From positions 19,964,001 through 20,028,000 of the forward strand of contig NC_043002.1 in the NCBI RefSeq assembly GCF_006345805.1: a DNA stretch of 64,000 nt, in the 5' to 3' direction. Shown one piece after another: positions 61,422-64,000 of this stretch. The position numbers and the translations under genes were made by a program. The notes beneath the pieces were generated by a model, which did not search any database, was not told the DNA's origin, and saw only the letters and a list, made by a program, of their open reading frames with translations. Source of the DNA: Octopus sinensis. Its lineage: Eukaryota. Numbering within the stretch: the first letter of the stretch is position 1; each line of letters begins with the position of its first letter.

Positions 61422-62871
61422 CTGTGTCTCGTCGAAAAACAATAGCAAACAATAGTAGTGACCGAAGCTAAAGACCAAAATTAAATATCTACAGAACAGA
61501 TACTATGAAACATGTGAGTCTATGTAGGAGTAGATGGAACAACCTGCCTAACAAACAGCAACACTATAAGAACTTTTTACACCACTTGTGTATAAGAGTT
61601 CATTTTATTGAAAAATTATTTTCACAAATGGCCAGTGCTCTTCCTACCACTAACTACTAAACTGTGCAATTAAAAGTGGAACCTGTTTTCTCTTCCAGTC
61701 AGTTGAACAAGAGTAAACAATGTTAAACGTCTTATTCAAGAGCAAAACATCTTTCTGATATTTAGACTTTTGACAAAGTGGCAGTAGTGTAGCATTTAAC
61801 TTCACAACCATTGTGCCACCTCTTATCTAATGATGATGGAAATATTTTGTACTGTGAAGATGCAGTGTGGCCATGCAGTTAATGAATTCACTTTGCAACC
61901 ACAAGATTCCAATTTTGATCTCACTGCATGGCATTTTGGGCAAATGTCATTTTCTATAGCTTGGGTCAACTTGTACTTTGTGAGTGAAATTGAGTAGAAG
62001 GAGACTGCATAGATGCCCATTGGGTGGATGGTACTTGTGATTCAAAAGGTACAGCCATGTCACTGGGTTATGCTGATACTGAGAAATACAGTAAGAGTGC
62101 CTGTGTTTGCTGAACACTCAGCCACTTTGTTAACTGAGGAGTAGGTAATTCAATTAATCAAACTGAATCTCTATTGGTGATCATTGGAGATCTACCACCA
62201 TTTTCACTCCTTTGTAATGCAAAGATGATACCCACCTACTGGTGGATTCCTAGGCATGGGTTGTGTTGCACATATCAGCCGTCACGAGCAATCCATAATC
62301 AGTAGAGATCAAATGTTGTAAAGGTAACTAAGTGAACTAAGACAACACAAAATCAGATGGTGGAATTGAGAGTCTTTGAAGTGTCAGACAGAATGCTTCA
62401 ATGTATTCTGACTTTTTATGCTTTGGGTTCAAAAGCTAACAAAGGTCAACTTTGCCATTCATCCTTTTGGTATTGATAAAAAAAGTATCAATCGAAGGCA
62501 GTGAATTGAAGGAACTGTAAAATGATTTGTTCCAGCTCATTGCATTCCAAGTTCAAATACTACTATGATCTACTTGGGCAGTACAGTTAACCCAAAGCCC
62601 ACTTTAACAATTTTCATTCTAAAAATGAACACTAAAAGATTTTGTGCCGATTCCTAACTTGGAACCAGAGGTGGCCTAGGCAGGTTATGTATAGAAAATG
62701 TTTACTGCAAAATTCTACCATTTATAGCTGAGAAATTATAGAAAGTACTTACTGAACTAATGCTAACAATAAACCAGATGGAAAATTTAAATATATCTAA
62801 ATATGATGAAATTAACAGCTTTTTTTAAAGTCATTAAAGAACAAACTAAAGGAAGCTGGTGTTTGTCTTAC

Positions 62872-63086
62872 CTCGTGTTGCAATGCTGCTGAGTTAACAC
62901 GTGGACCGTGGTGACTGAGAACAGAGAGGCAGGCTAAGATCAAATGTAAGGCACCAATATCCAACATCATTCTTCGCAGATAGACCCCATCATCTGTGGT
63001 GAGAGGGGTCGTGTCAAACAAAGATTCAATCACATTGAAAGGCAGTGTGGGTAGGGAATTGGCGATGGGTGATGTCAATATATGAC
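62872..63086 (-). CDS. BIRC6: BIRC6 exon
   Basis: G|GT HILTSPIANSLPTLPF...TTPLTTDDGVYLRR...GALHLILACLS; CAG/GTAAGA; phase 1-0. Confidence 0.95.
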
Positions 63087-63766
63087 CTGCAAATAAAATC
63101 AAAAACAAACCATTAAGACAAAATATAACAACTTGGGGGAAAAAAAATTAAAATAATGCACCAATACTCATTAAAGCAAATTTTCAAAGTCTTATTTAGT
63201 GGATTTTGAAAATTTTGACAGTAACCCTTTAATGAGAAATGTGAAATAGGAGACAGGTTTGATGTTAGTACAGTAGACTTAATTAAACAGAGAAAAGTGT
63301 CACAAAATGGATAAGGTGTTGAATTGACAGTCCTAAGAGGTCAACTTTGCTGTTCATCTTTTTAAGGTCGATAAAAATGTACCAGTCCAAGGAGGTGTAT
63401 TGATAGAACTGTAAGAATATCAAATCAGACGCCTTGTGGTATTTGTTTTAGTTCTCTACATTCCAAGTTGAAATCCTGCCATGGCCTACTTGGGTAGCAG
63501 ACTTAACCTGTCATAAGTGGTTGGCATTTGGAAGTGCATCATGCTATAGAAATGATGCCAAAGCAAACACTGGAGCCAGACGCAGTTCTCAGACCCATCA
63601 AACCTATGCCAGAGCAGAACATTAAAAGACTATGCCGATTGTACTTTTCTAGTGAGTAACCTGATTTGAAAGCAGTGTAATTTCAAGAATATAATGGATT
63701 TCCCAAAACTATGGATTGATAGTAAAGATCAGAGGGAAAAAAAAAGCATAAAGTCATAATACTAAC

Positions 63767-63980
63767 CACCATCACCATCATCAGTAACTCCAAGAACAAG
63801 ACGTAGCAGACATTGAGCTTTCTTCCTTTCTTGGAGTAGAACATCGGCATAACCGGGTAGTCGTAAAAACAAACCAAATGCAATTAGAGAATGAGGTGGA
63901 ATTGTTGAAAGTCCTGAGTGTGCAGTGCCGCCAGATTGTGATGTCAATGGAGGAGCAGTAGGGACTGGTTCATAAAACGT
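63767..63980 (-). CDS. BIRC6: BIRC6 exon (most 5' in window; gene continues beyond 64000)
   Basis: TFYEPVP...IPPHSLIAFGLFLRLPGYADVLLQERKKAQCLLRLVLGVTDDGDG; pyrimidine tract plus CAG at 63983-63981; donor GTTAGT; phase 0-1. Confidence 0.93.
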
Positions 63981-64000
63981 CTGGTGAGTAAAAAGAAAAA

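Noticed and set aside
61467-61470. Upstream TAG acceptor for the BIRC6 exon at 61233-61421
   Set aside because: It would start out of phase with the phase-0 donor at 62871.

Overview
This is AT-rich, repeat-dense eukaryotic DNA. The SINE and LINE families and the gene structure suggest a cephalopod, probably Octopus (inference). Two spliced genes converge. (1) LRR1 (CRL2 substrate receptor), + strand, complete CDS in 4 exons (17715-17897, 25403-25501, 36190-36914, 38980-39226; 1254 nt, 417 aa); its non-coding 5' exon(s) were not identified. (2) The last 11 coding exons of BIRC6/BRUCE, - strand (63980 down to the stop at 45338; 758 aa in this window), including the UBC domain and its catalytic Cys. 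All splice junctions were checked by hand and are frame-consistent. The rest is mobile DNA. An RTE-clade LINE with an open 1117-aa ORF (APE endonuclease + RT + internal PHD finger) lies antisense in a BIRC6 intron, alongside many 5'-truncated copies of related RTEs. There are also three tRNA-type SINE families, piggyBac, hAT and Tigger MITEs, a complete non-autonomous Helitron, and mariner, hAT, Tigger, PIF1, R4 and CR1 relics. The most unusual observations are the PHD finger inside the RTE RT, a tail-to-tail LINE palindrome, two independent RTE insertions at the same nucleotide of two MITE copies, a 39-bp snap-back hairpin at a SINE 5' junction, and a concatemer of hairpin-module RTE 3'UTRs. 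No tRNA, rRNA or CRISPR locus is supported. No database searches were run, and family assignments come from recalled motifs.
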